64,000 bases of DNA, from assembly GCA_963770565.1 (NCBI GenBank), contig CAVYQE010000001.1, forward strand, positions 320,001-384,000. Direction: 5' to 3'. Positions within the stretch are counted from its first letter, which is position 1; the number at the start of each line of letters is the position of its first letter. Both the position numbers and the translations under genes were made by a program. Positions 1 through 9,819 of the stretch are shown here, piece after piece. The notes under the pieces are model-generated. The model searched no databases and was not told the DNA's origin. It saw only the letters and a list, made by a program, of their open reading frames with translations. The stretch comes from an uncultured Actinomycetota bacterium (GTDB lineage: Bacteria > Actinomycetota > Actinomycetes > JAFAQI01).

Positions 1-603
1 TCAGCCGCTCGCAGACCGGCCCACCGCGGCAGCCGCGCCAGCCGCCGCTCGATCGCATGCCAAGCCGCGTCGGGCAGCAGCAGCAAGCCCGCGATGCTAG
101 CCCGCCGACCGCCGTGCAAATCAACGTGGCCCGATAGAGCGCCGCGATCCAGGCGGCCGTTTCGGCATGCCAGGCCCCCGTCGAGACCAGAATGCGCGAT
201 CGTCGCCAAGAGAAACATGCCGAACAGCCCGATCAGCCGGTCCACGACGACCGTGGCGACACGGCCTCGGCGCGGCGGCCTTGCAATTCGCGGGCGACGA
301 AGATCGCCTTGAACAAATCCCCCCCGACGAATCCGAACAAGAGAAAATTCAGCAGGCAGCCGAGATATCCCAGCCGCAGCGCAATCGCGCAGCCCGACCG
401 GCAAGTCCGAGCGCCAACATCAGCCAATGCCAGCGGACGATCGTCAGCGTGGTGCCGACCAACGTGAGGCCCAGCGCCGCGGCCAACAGATCCCAATGCT
501 TGCGGTCGCTGAGCTTGGCGAAGCTGTCGTTCGACGACAAATAATAAATCAGGTACGCCAGGATCGCCGCCAAGCACGCCCCATTGCACAACGCGGACGG
601 CAA
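1..603 (-). CDS. Lysylphosphatidylglycerol synthase TM-domain (YbhN/UPF0104-like) membrane protein; partial, frameshifted
   Basis: Hydrophobic segments 'TIVRWHWLMLALG' and 'GYLGCLLNFLLFGFVGGDLFKAIFVAR' lie in two frames; gene runs off the window edge; start approximate. Confidence 0.7.
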
Positions 604-957
604 TTCTGGCGGCGGAGTTTTTCAAAGCGGCGCGGTCTCGTAGCGGTGGCTTTCCGTCGCCGCGCTCCGGAGCACGATGCTCACGCAACGACCGGCGGGA
701 TCCCGATTCCCTGGTATGGCAAACCTCGGGAAGTCTGTCCGAGAACCCACCGGGCGGCGAGTTTCAAGTATAGGCGGAACGGCCATGCGACAATATATGG
801 GAATGGCGCGCCTTCGGCGCGCCGCCGCCGGCCGCCAAAAAAACTCGCTCCGATTGCTCTGGAGTCGGTTCGGCCCGGAAGCTATTCTACTCCCCCAGCT
901 TGCCGCAAATCGGCGATCGTTCTCGGATTGGCGGCGTTCAAGCCCAAGGAGGCGTTC

Positions 958-1962
958 GTGCGAAGGCTGCTGATTCTGTTGCTCGTGGCCGGCGCCGGCG
1001 GCTGGTTCTTCTTCCATAAGTATCGGATCGACGGGATCGACCGCATCACGTTGCGGCCGCGCTCTCCAGGCGGTGTTGCCGCGGCGGGCAATTCCGGCGG
1101 CAGCCCCGTCGCGACGCGGCAACGGCCGACGAATACGATCCGCATCGCTGCGTTCGATCTCGATCGATTCGATGCGGCGAAGCTCGGCAATCCCCCGGTC
1201 TTGAAAGCCCTGCTCGACGTGGCGCGGCAGTTCGACGTGATCGCCCTCGAAGGGATCACGACGCCGCGCGACGACTTGATGGCGGCGCTGATCGAGCAGC
1301 TTGATGCCGGTGGTCGGCATTTCGACTATGTGATCGGCCCCCGATTGGGACGCGACGCCACTCCGGAGCAGTTCGCCTTCGTGTTCGACGCCGCCAGCGT
1401 CGAGGTCGATCGGACCACGATGTACACGGTCAACGATCCGGGGCGACTGTTGCTGCGCGATCCGCTGGTGGCGACATTTCGCGTGCGCGGTCCGGCGGCG
1501 AAAGACGCTTTCACTTTCACGCTGGTCAACGTGCATCTCGATCCACAGCGCGCCCCCGGCGAACTCGACGCGCTGGCCGAAGTCTATCGCGCCGTGCGCG
1601 ACAATGGCCTGCACGAAGACGACATCATCCTGCTCGGCGATCTCGAGGCCGATGATCGGCGACTGGGCCTGTTGGGAGAACTGCCCAACATGACCACGGC
1701 CCTGGCGGGAGTGCCCACCAACACGCGCGGGACGAAGATGTACGACAACATCCTCTTCAATCGCGAGGCGACCAGCGAATTCACCGGTCGCGCCGGCGTG
1801 ATCGATCTGTTGCATGAATGCAGCCTGACAATGCCGCAGGCGCTCGCAGTTTCCGATCATCTGCCGATTTGGGCTGAGTTCAGCATCTATGAAGGGGGCC
1901 AGCCGGGACGGATGGCGGTGCCGGCAGGGGTCGGGGGTCGGGGGCCGGGGGTCGGGGAGTGA
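958..1962 (+). CDS. Membrane-anchored endonuclease/exonuclease/phosphatase (DNase I-like) family protein
   Basis: N-terminal TM; motifs FDVIALE, LVNVH, ILLGD, YDNILF, SDHLPIWAEF; GTG start at 958 within ORF 427..1962. Confidence 0.85.
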   Translation: MRRLLILLLVAGAGGWFFFHKYRIDGIDRITLRPRSPGGVAAAGNSGGSPVATRQRPTNTIRIAAFDLDRFDAAKLGNPPVLKALLDVARQFDVIALEGITTPRDDLMAALIEQLDAGGRHFDYVIGPRLGRDATPEQFAFVFDAASVEVDRTTMYTVNDPGRLLLRDPLVATFRVRGPAAKDAFTFTLVNVHLDPQRAPGELDALAEVYRAVRDNGLHEDDIILLGDLEADDRRLGLLGELPNMTTALAGVPTNTRGTKMYDNILFNREATSEFTGRAGVIDLLHECSLTMPQALAVSDHLPIWAEFSIYEGGQPGRMAVPAGVGGRGPGVGE

Positions 1963-2045
1963 CGGGCGCCGCGGACGAAGTACGTTGACAACCGCGATTG
2001 GTTCTCAACCGATCCACTCACCGCTCGCCATTCGCTGCTTGGCGC

Positions 2046-2075
2046 TTGAAATTGTGCCACCTCTTCCGATATAGT
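2046..2075 (+). promoter_or_regulatory. Sigma70-like promoter at the left end of the phage-like cluster
   Basis: TTGAAA (2046-2051), 18-bp spacer, TATAGT (2070-2075). Confidence 0.55.
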
Positions 2076-2088
2076 CGCGTGAGTTGAG

Positions 2089-2166
2089 CGGTATCAGCGG
2101 AGCCTGACAAGAACCAGGTATCTCAAGAGCCCGCCGTCGGACGTTTGTCCGGCGGCGGGCTTTTTT
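2089..2166 (+). ncRNA. Putative cis-regulatory leader RNA with intrinsic terminator (copy 1)
   Basis: CGGTATC..GAGCCTG-loop-CAGGTATCT..GAGCCCGCCG-hairpin-CGGCGGGC-TTTTTT; same architecture at 13788-13867. Confidence 0.65.
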
Positions 2167-2211
2167 CGTTGTTCCGCGTCCCCTCGCGTTCTCATTCCCT
2201 CGGAGGTTGCA

Positions 2212-2412
2212 ATGAAATTGTTTCAATGGTTGCTGGCCAACCAAGACGCGTTGTTGGCGATCGTCGCGGAGTTGGAGACGATCTTCGGCGGCTCGTCTCC
2301 TACGCCCGCGCCCCAGACGATCGATCTGAGCGGCATCCAAGCGTTCATCGCCGCGGTGGAAAAGTGGCTCCCCGTGATCGAAGCGATTGTCGCCCAGTTC
2401 GCGGCCAATTGA
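2212..2412 (+). CDS. Small amphipathic hypothetical protein (66 aa), first gene of the cluster
   Basis: ORF with GGAGG RBS upstream and host-like codon usage. Confidence 0.7.
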   Translation: MKLFQWLLANQDALLAIVAELETIFGGSSPTPAPQTIDLSGIQAFIAAVEKWLPVIEAIVAQFAAN

Positions 2413-2422
2413 TTGTTCCCGT

Positions 2423-2499
2423 TGGAGTTCACGCTTTGGCGTGCCGCGGAACGCACGAGTGTGATTTCGAACAAACGCACGCCGAAGCGTGAACTCCAA
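2423..2499. repeat. REP-like inverted doublet (GGAGTTCACGCTT..AAGCGTGAACTCC family)
   Basis: Inverted repeat; related copies at ~29559-29608 and ~55325-55465. Confidence 0.75.
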
Positions 2500-2554
2500 C
2501 GGCTGAATTCCAACTTTGTTTCCAATGCGATCTTCAACATGGGACTCTCGAACG

Positions 2555-3322
2555 ATGATTCTTCATGGAAAACTCGGCAAGCTGCCGGCTCGGCATGATG
2601 TGCGCACGCTCCGCTTCGCCCGCTACGACCGCGCCTTGCCCGCGCCGCCGGCCACTTGCGATTATTCGATCAAAGTGCCCTCCTGGCCGATGCTCGGCAA
2701 CGATCGCTATGGCGATTGCACGTTTGCCGGGGCGGCTCATCTCAGTCAATGCTGGGTGGACAACGCCGGCTCGACGCCGGGCGGATTCCTGCCCGACGAT
2801 CGGGCCGTCGTCGCCGAATACCTCGCCTTCACCGGTGGAGAAGACACGGGCTGCGTCGAGTTGGACGTGCTCAAGACTTGGCGGGCCGACGGGATCGTCG
2901 GGCACAAGATCGGCGCCTTTGCCGCGCTGCGGGCGGGCGATCACGACGAGGCGCACGACGCCGTGTTTCTGTTCGGCGGCGCCTATTTGGGAGTCGCCAT
3001 GCCGCTCTCGGCCCAGAAGCAGCAGGTGTGGGACGTGCCGCGGCGCGGGCCGATCGGCCGCGGCTCGCCCGGCTCGTGGGGCGGCCATTGCGTGGTCGTC
3101 GTGGCCTATGACGCGCGGGGGCCGATCGTCGTCACCTGGGGGCAGCTCCAGCCGATGACCTGGGCCTTTTACGACGCCTATGTCAACGAAGCGTATGCGA
3201 TTCTCGCAGCCGACTTTTTCAACGGCGCGAGCGTCGCACCCAACGGCTTCGATCTCGCTGCGCTCACGGCCGATCTGGCGCTGGTCGGCCGAATGGAATC
3301 CCCCTCGCGTGCCACGGTTTGA
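2555..3322 (+). CDS. Papain-like (C1-type) cysteine peptidase-like protein, phage-associated
   Basis: MLGNDRYGDCTFAG (catalytic Cys), GGHCVVVVAYD (His), VTWG. Confidence 0.65.
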   Translation: MILHGKLGKLPARHDVRTLRFARYDRALPAPPATCDYSIKVPSWPMLGNDRYGDCTFAGAAHLSQCWVDNAGSTPGGFLPDDRAVVAEYLAFTGGEDTGCVELDVLKTWRADGIVGHKIGAFAALRAGDHDEAHDAVFLFGGAYLGVAMPLSAQKQQVWDVPRRGPIGRGSPGSWGGHCVVVVAYDARGPIVVTWGQLQPMTWAFYDAYVNEAYAILAADFFNGASVAPNGFDLAALTADLALVGRMESPSRATV

Positions 3323-3516
3323 CGATCGCCGCGATCGACTTCGACCTTCGGAACAAACTCGACCGGCGTCCGTCAAGCCGTGCGACCCCGAGAGTTCGCC
3401 GCAGCCCGCACGGCTTGATCGGCGCCGGCAACGATCGTGCTCGACGCGGCGACCTGTTCGGCGTCGATCAAACAGTGGCACGAGCATCCCCCAACAAACA
3501 CACTTTATCTTCCTCC

Positions 3517-4996
3517 ATGCCGCGTCTTGCTCTACTTATCGCCGTCGTCCTGCCGCTGGGCGGTTCGCTTCGTGCGCAGTCGCCCACAAGCGAGTTGCGC
3601 GCCGCGGTGGCCGACATCGAGCGGCTGCCGGCGGAAGTGCGGCCGGGAGTGCGGTATCTATCGCTCTACGCGATTCCGGCCCGGCGCTGCGCGGAGACCG
3701 CGCGCGTCGTGAGCTACACGCTCAATGCCCTGAGCCGAACGCGGACGATCACGCCGCCGACCGCCGTATCGCCGACGCTGCTGCGGTTTTCGATCACCAA
3801 CTACATCGCCGACCGGGCGGAATTCGACGCCTGGGCGGCCGCCTGGGAACAGCTTGTCAAGGCCGATCCCTATTGGCATTTGCAGACGGAGATTCTCGCG
3901 GCGAGCGCCGCGAACCCCGCGTCGAAATCGGCTGCATTACACGCGACGCATCGCGCTCAAACGACCACCGTCACCGTCGATGGCGGCTGGCTCGATCTCG
4001 CCCTCGCCGCCAAGCTGTGCGCCGATTCCGGCAGTGCCGGAGCGCTGTTGCGGGCCGACGACTTCATCGCCCACGCCACGGCCGCGCCGCATTATTACGC
4101 GCTGGCCGGCATTCCGCCGACCGAGGCCGAGTTCGTCAAATCGCTGGGAGTCGATGCGGCGACGATCGAGCGGTTGCGAGCCGACGCCGGGGCGAATCTG
4201 CTGATTTCCGGAGTGACGCAAAAGCCGCGGCGAATCATCTGGTCGCAGGGGCCGCTCGGCGGCGTCTACGAAACGCTCGATGTCAAGCAAGTCGATGCCC
4301 GCCGCGATCCGATTCGCCGGCCGATCTCCGTCGGCAAGGTGAAACTGAAATACGACGCGGGGGAATGGTTTGCCGTCTGCGCCCAACGGTTTGTGGCGCG
4401 TCGCCCTGTACGATGCGGCCGGCAAGTTGCAACAGTCGGTCCCCGACAAAATCGCCAAAGACACCAGCGATCCCCGCGGCGACGGGATCGTCACGCCGCT
4501 GATCTCGTGCATCCGCTGCCACACCGAAAGCGGCTTGCGGCCGTTTCGCGACGATCAATCGCGATTGCTCGCCTCAGGCCGCGTCGATTTCGAAAGCGGC
4601 GATCCGGCGATCGTCCGCCGCGCGGCCGAATTCTATGACGAGCCCCGCTTGCAGCGGCAAATGGAGTTCGATCGCGAAACCTATGCCCAGGCCGTCGCGC
4701 GGGCGGCCGGCATGAAGCCCGAGGAATTGGCGGCCGCGTTGGCCCGCACGGTCCGCGAATTCGCCTATTTGCCTGTCACGCGCGCGCAGGCGGCCCGCGA
4801 ACTCGGCGTGCCGGAAGCGGAATTCGCCGCCGCGCTCCGTTCATCGCACGACCCGATCGTGCTGACGCTCATCGAAGGCCGCCCGGTGCTGCGCGGGCAA
4901 TGGGAGAGCAGCTTCGCCGAAGCGGCGGGGGGAGTCAGGGGTCGGGGGTCGGGGGTCGGGGGTCAGGGGTCGGGGGTCAGGGGTCGCGGGGAGTGA
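3517..4996 (+). CDS. Secreted hypothetical protein with a CxxCH heme-binding motif; frameshift near 4375
   Basis: Signal peptide MPRLALLIAVVLPLGG; SCIRCH at ~4505-4522; spans ORFs 3319..4638 and 4370..4996. Confidence 0.6.
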
Positions 4997-5099
4997 CGCG
5001 TGGCGCGTGTGGCACTGGCAAGCGCAGTCTGCCAGTGCCGTGTGGGTCGTGACGAGTGGCGAGTGGCGAGTCACAACAAACAACTGACAGAGGTTTTCC

Positions 5100-5674
5100 A
5101 TGAAAGTCGAACGCTTCACAATCTTTGCGCTCATGACGTTTGCCGCACTCTGGATGGTTGCCGGTTTTTGGGCTCCGAATGCGCTATCCGCCGCCTGCCG
5201 CGTGCAGACGGCGGTCGTGGCGGCCAATGTCGTGGCCGTGCCGGTCGCCCTGTCGATCGGAGTGCCGGTGGCCGACGCAGCGCCGTATCGATACAGCTAT
5301 CGAGCCTTCGCACCGCCGCCCCCCGAGCCGATCGGCGAAGCCGAGATCGAAGCGATTGCCGCGCGCGTGGCCGAGAAGCTACGGCCGGCGAACGGGAATT
5401 CATCGGCAAACGCAATTCCCGCTTCGCCACGACCGCCGCCAAGTCGGCCGCCGGCCGCCACGTCGCTCGTCGCGCAAAGTGTGCGCGATGTCACGGCGGA
5501 GCCGCGCCGAGAGCGAATCTCTCGTTCGAAAACCTCAACCGACTCGATTGCCGCACGCGCTTGGCGGCCGTTCGAGCCGTGCTCGACGAGTCGATGCCGA
5601 AAGACGGCCCGAGGCTCACCCCCGAAGAGGCCGGCCAAGTGCTCGAAGAATTGACGGATGAAAGGGGCAAGTGA
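5100..5674 (+). CDS. Secreted protein with C-terminal cytochrome c-like domain; frameshifted
   Basis: Signal peptide; KCARCHG at ~5477-5497 followed by 'ESMPKDGPRLT' (axial Met pattern) in the second frame. Confidence 0.55.
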
Positions 5675-5843
5675 CGAGGGTGTGCCACTGGCAGGCAGTC
5701 TGCCAGTGCCCGTGGCGCGTGACGACTGGCAAGGGTGTGTCACTGGCAAGCACCGCCCAGTGCGGCGTGGTGACGGGCGATGTGTGCTTCCAGGCAGAGC
5801 AAAGAACAAGATTATCGGTTCCCTTTTTCTCGGAGGTGTTGTA

Positions 5844-6197
5844 ATGAAGAAGAGTATGACGAGTCTGTTGGTCGTGACGGTTTCGATCTTCGCGGCCGCC
5901 GTCGGTTCGGCATCGGCTTGCCCGGTGGCGATCGGCCCTGCGGCACCTGTCGCGTTTGCAGTTCAAGCCGTCGCGGCGCCGGTCGTCGTGTCGGCGGCGC
6001 CGATTGTCGTGCCGACCGCGCCGATTGTCGTGCAGTACACTCCGGCCGTCTATCTTACTGCACCAGTGTTGACGGCGCCGGTGTTGGCCGCGCCGACCGT
6101 GTCGCTGTCGGCAGTTCCGCTGGTGATCGAGCACGTGGTGAGGATCAAGTCGCGGCGGGCGTGTCGCACGCCGCTGCGCCGCCGGCTGTTTCGCTAA
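5844..6197 (+). CDS. Secreted Ala/Pro/Val-rich hypothetical protein
   Basis: GGAGG RBS, signal peptide MKKSMTSLLVVTVSIFAAAVG, low-complexity APxV repeats, basic C-terminus. Confidence 0.65.
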   Translation: MKKSMTSLLVVTVSIFAAAVGSASACPVAIGPAAPVAFAVQAVAAPVVVSAAPIVVPTAPIVVQYTPAVYLTAPVLTAPVLAAPTVSLSAVPLVIEHVVRIKSRRACRTPLRRRLFR

Positions 6198-6295
6198 CGC
6201 AGCGCCCTTGCGATTTGTGGAACGGTCGGCTGATTCCGCTCCGGCGCCGCCTTGGCGTGCGTCCGGAGCTTGTTCCGACAGAGAGGTCACGATCC

Positions 6296-6523
6296 ATGAC
6301 GAATTCGGCTGGAAATCGCGTCAGCCTGACGCCCGGCGATTGGCTCAAGGTGGTGATGTTTCTCGTCGTGCAATCGGCGGCTTTGATCGGGGTCGGCGTC
6401 GATATGCGCGAGCGGCTGGTGATCGTCGAGACCCGGCTCCAGGCGCACGACGACAGCTTCGCCGACCTCCGCGGTGACGTGGCCGAGATGCGCAAGGAAA
6501 TCGCCGAGCTGAGGACGAAATAA
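6296..6523 (+). CDS. Small TM + coiled-coil protein (holin/XhlA-like architecture)
   Basis: One TM segment then a heptad coiled coil; GAGG RBS; stop overlaps the next ATG (TAATG). Confidence 0.55.
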   Translation: MTNSAGNRVSLTPGDWLKVVMFLVVQSAALIGVGVDMRERLVIVETRLQAHDDSFADLRGDVAEMRKEIAELRTK

Positions 6524-7076
6524 TGAACATCCGCGATCGAATCAAGGAATTGCGGCGCGTGAGGGCGGCGAGCTGCGCCCCAATCCGCGCAACTGGCGCA
6601 CGCATTCCGCCGCCCAGCGCGACGCTCTGCAAGGCATCCTGGCCGAGGTCGGCTACGCCGGCGCGCTCTTGGCCCGCGAGTTGCCCGACGGCTCGCTCGA
6701 ATTGATCGACGGCCATTTGCGGGCCGAGACGACCCCCGAGATGTCTGTGCCCGTGCTGGTGCTCGACGTGAACGAAGCGGAGGCGAACAAAATTCTCGCC
6801 ACGCATGATCCGCTCGGCAATCTGGCGGGCTGCGACGCCGCGGCGCTCGAATCGCTCGTAGCCGACGTGCAGACCGACAACGCCGCGCTGCAAAAGCTAT
6901 TGGACGACATGCTGCAAACGCCGGCAGGTTCCGAGCCGGATGAATTCCCGCGGTCCGAAACGAGCATCCCGCATTTGTTCCAAATCGTCGTCGAATGCCG
7001 CGACGAGGCCGAGCAGCAGTCGGTGTACGAGCGGCTGATCGAAGACGGATTGAAATGCCGGTTGATGATGTTGTGA
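6523..7076 (+). CDS. ParB N-terminal (ParB/Srx) domain protein; frameshift near 6575
   Basis: PNPRNWRTH and LIDGHLR motifs across ORFs 6523..6705 and 6669..7076. Confidence 0.8.
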
Positions 7077-7079
7077 GCC

Positions 7080-7726
7080 TCGTTCCCAGGCTCTGCCTGG
7101 GAACGCCCTGCACTTGAGGCTCCGCCTCAACGTCAGCAGCGGATCGAGCCGACTTCGCCGACAAACGACGAGGCAGAGCCTCGCAGGCAGTGCGTTCCCA
7201 GGCTCTGCCTGGCAGCGCAGTTTGTGAGATGGAATCGTATCGACGTTTATGCTGTTTTTGTTCGGGGCTTTGGAAAGGACGGCAGGAGATCAAGGAACCC
7301 GGTAGGGTTCCCAGACATGAGCCGGTGGTTGACGCCGTCAGGCCGATACCACCGGTCGTGAAATCGAACAATCCCTTTTGCACCCCGATAGGGGTGCCAG
7401 CGCTCTGCGACCCCTACCGGGGTCGAAGAAAAGTTTTCGCGTTCCGATGCCGGCGGTGTCGGCCTGCGGCCTCAACCGCCGGCTAATGTCTGCCATCCCT
7501 ATCGGGATGAATTTCATGCCACCTCGGAGTCGGGAATTGTGCGAGTACGTGGGCGGAACAAAAACCGACCAAAACACGAACTCGAATTCCACTTCGAAAC
7601 TCCACAGATTGCACAGCCCAGGCTCCGCCTCGTCATCACGACCCGCCACCAATCGCCACGCAACGAGCCGTGCCGCGCGGCAGAGCCGTGCCCGCAGTGC
7701 GTTCCCAGGCAGAGCCTGGGAACGAG
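7080..7726. mobile_element. REP (CGTTCCCAGGCTCTGCCTGGGAACG) cluster with an embedded ~400-bp composite non-autonomous element
   Basis: 7215-7620 recurs inverted at ~34794-35120 and internally deleted at ~48276-48505; ends ...TTGCACAGCCC. Confidence 0.7.
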
Positions 7727-7769
7727 ATGCGAACAGCCGACAACCGACAACCGACCAAGGACCAATCCG

Positions 7770-8905
7770 ATGCTCGAAATCATCAACTCCTGTCCGCTGC
7801 ACGATTCGTTTCGCGTCCAACAGGTCGCCGGGATGTTCGATGTGCCGCTGGCCGAGAAGCTCAGCGAGCGTTTTACGGTCGAGATGCCGGCGCTCGACGG
7901 TGATTGGCGGATCGGGCTGATCGTCGGCCCGTCGGGCAGCGGCAAAACGACGCTCGCCCGGCGGCTCTTCGGCGATGCGCTGGTCGAGCGGACCGAGTGG
8001 CCGGCGAATCGGGCCGTCGTCGATTGTTTCGGCGACCTGCCGATCGGAGAAATCGTCGGGTTGCTCATCGCTGTCGGATTCAGCTCGCCCCCGTCGTGGA
8101 TCAAGCCCTACGCCGTGCTCAGCGGCGGCGAACGCTTCCGCTGCGATCTGGCGCGGGCGTTGAGCGGAGGGCAGAGAGCAAAGAGCGGAGCGCCGGACAC
8201 TTCTCCGCTCTCTGCTCCCTGCTCTTCGCTCGCACCGCTTGTGGCCTTCGACGAATTCACCAGCGTCGTCGATCGCACCGTGGCGAAGTTCGGCTCGGCG
8301 GCGGTGGCGAAGGGAATTCGCAACGGGCGAATCGACTGTCGATTCGTCGCGATGACTTGTCATTACGACGTGATCGAGTGGCTCGCGCCCGATTGGGTGC
8401 TCGATATGGCCAGCCGCGAATTCCAATGGAGGTCGCTTCGGCGACCGCCAATCGAGCTGGACATCTTTCGTTGCCGGAGTCGTGCATGGGCCTTGTTTGC
8501 GAAGCATCACTATTTGAACGGCCGCTTGAACCGCTCGGCCCGCTGCTTTATGGCATTGTGGGACGGGCGCCGGCGGCGTTTTGCGCGACGTTGCCGGTCA
8601 TCGGCCGCGCGCGGCGATGGCGGATCACGCGGCTGGTGACGCTCCCGGATTTTCAGGGCATCGGCATCGGCTTGCGCCTGGCGGAGGCGGTCGGCGATCG
8701 GCATCGTGCCCAGGGAGAACGCTATAGCATCACCGCCAGCCATCCGGCCGTGATCGGCCATTGCCGAAATTCGCCGCGCTGGCGGGCGACGCAAGTGATG
8801 AAGACCGGCTCGCGGCCTACTCTCGGGATTCCGAGCTATCGCGGCTCGTGCGGTCGCGCCGTCGTGTCGTTCGAATACGTTTCAGCTTCGGAACCTCGAC
8901 CGTGA
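7770..8905 (+). CDS. ABC-type ATPase fused to GNAT acetyltransferase (phage-associated); frameshift near 8570
   Basis: Walker [14 protein letters not shown] signature, Walker B VAFDEF, TCHYD; GNAT motif [14 protein letters not shown]. Confidence 0.8.
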
Positions 8906-9209
8906 ACAAACCCATATTGCCCGTGACGGGAAACGGCTCGATCGCCTGGGCGTCGGCCAGCTCCCACGCATATTTATCGGCAGAACCCTCGAAGCCAGCC
9001 CCCGCGGCATCGCTCGGCAGAAAACGGCGAACATCAATGAGATTCACCACGCCGACGGCCACGCCGACCGGATCATCGCCGTGCGGCCGTTTGGTGGCGC
9101 AAATCAACAACGGCCCGCGATGCGACGTGGCCCACGAGCGGACCTCGATGGTCTTCTTCCCCGCGGCAATCAGCGAGGCCCAAGGTTGATGGACGGAGAG
9201 CGCTTTCAT
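8817..9209 (-). CDS. ASCH domain protein
   Basis: MKALSVHQPWASLIAAGKKTIEVRSW..RGPLLI is the canonical ASCH N-terminus. Confidence 0.85.
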   Translation of the reverse strand: MKALSVHQPWASLIAAGKKTIEVRSWATSHRGPLLICATKRPHGDDPVGVAVGVVNLIDVRRFLPSDAAGAGFEGSADKYAWELADAQAIEPFPVTGNMGLFTVEVPKLKRIRTTRRRDRTSRDSSESRE

Positions 9210-9354
9210 GGAGATGAAGATAGCGGCTGGCTTGCGAGAATCAAGGCGACGATGCACGTAGGACGGCTCTCCCGAGCCGTCGTACCAGACGGCTCGGGAG
9301 AGCCGTCCTACGGGATCCGCCACCCGTCAACCCGAGGCCATTCGAATCGCACCC

Positions 9355-9819
9355 GTGAAATCCAGCCGCTATAAACTCGACGAAACCAAGCAGCGCGAGA
9401 TCTGCGCGATTCTCGCCGTCGGCGGCACTCGGCTGATGGCCGCCGCGTATGTCGGCTGCTGTGTGGCGACGATCCGCCGCGCGGCGCTGCGCGAAGCGGC
9501 GTTCGCCGCGCAGCTTCGCAAAGCGGAGAGCAGCGCCGAGATCACGTTCCTCAAGAGCATCCACGCCGCCGCGAGCGACGTCAAGCAGTGGCGGGCCGCG
9601 GCCTGGGCCCTCGAGCGGCTGTTCCCCGAGCGCTACGCCCGCCGCCTGCCCGACTCGATCACCGTCGAGCAAATGACCGAAATCATCAAGGCCCTGGGAG
9701 CGATCATCGTCGGCGAAGTGCCGGTCAAGCGATATCGCCAGCGCGTGCTGGCTCGCTTGGCGGACTTGCTGGCGGAGCAGCCGCCGAACAAGAAGGTAAA
9801 GGCATCCCGTGGAAAGTAA
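9355..9819 (+). CDS. HTH protein, putative terminase small subunit
   Basis: N-terminal HTH; WRAAAWALERLFPERY motif; directly precedes and overlaps TerL. Confidence 0.6.
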   Translation: MKSSRYKLDETKQREICAILAVGGTRLMAAAYVGCCVATIRRAALREAAFAAQLRKAESSAEITFLKSIHAAASDVKQWRAAAWALERLFPERYARRLPDSITVEQMTEIIKALGAIIVGEVPVKRYRQRVLARLADLLAEQPPNKKVKASRGK

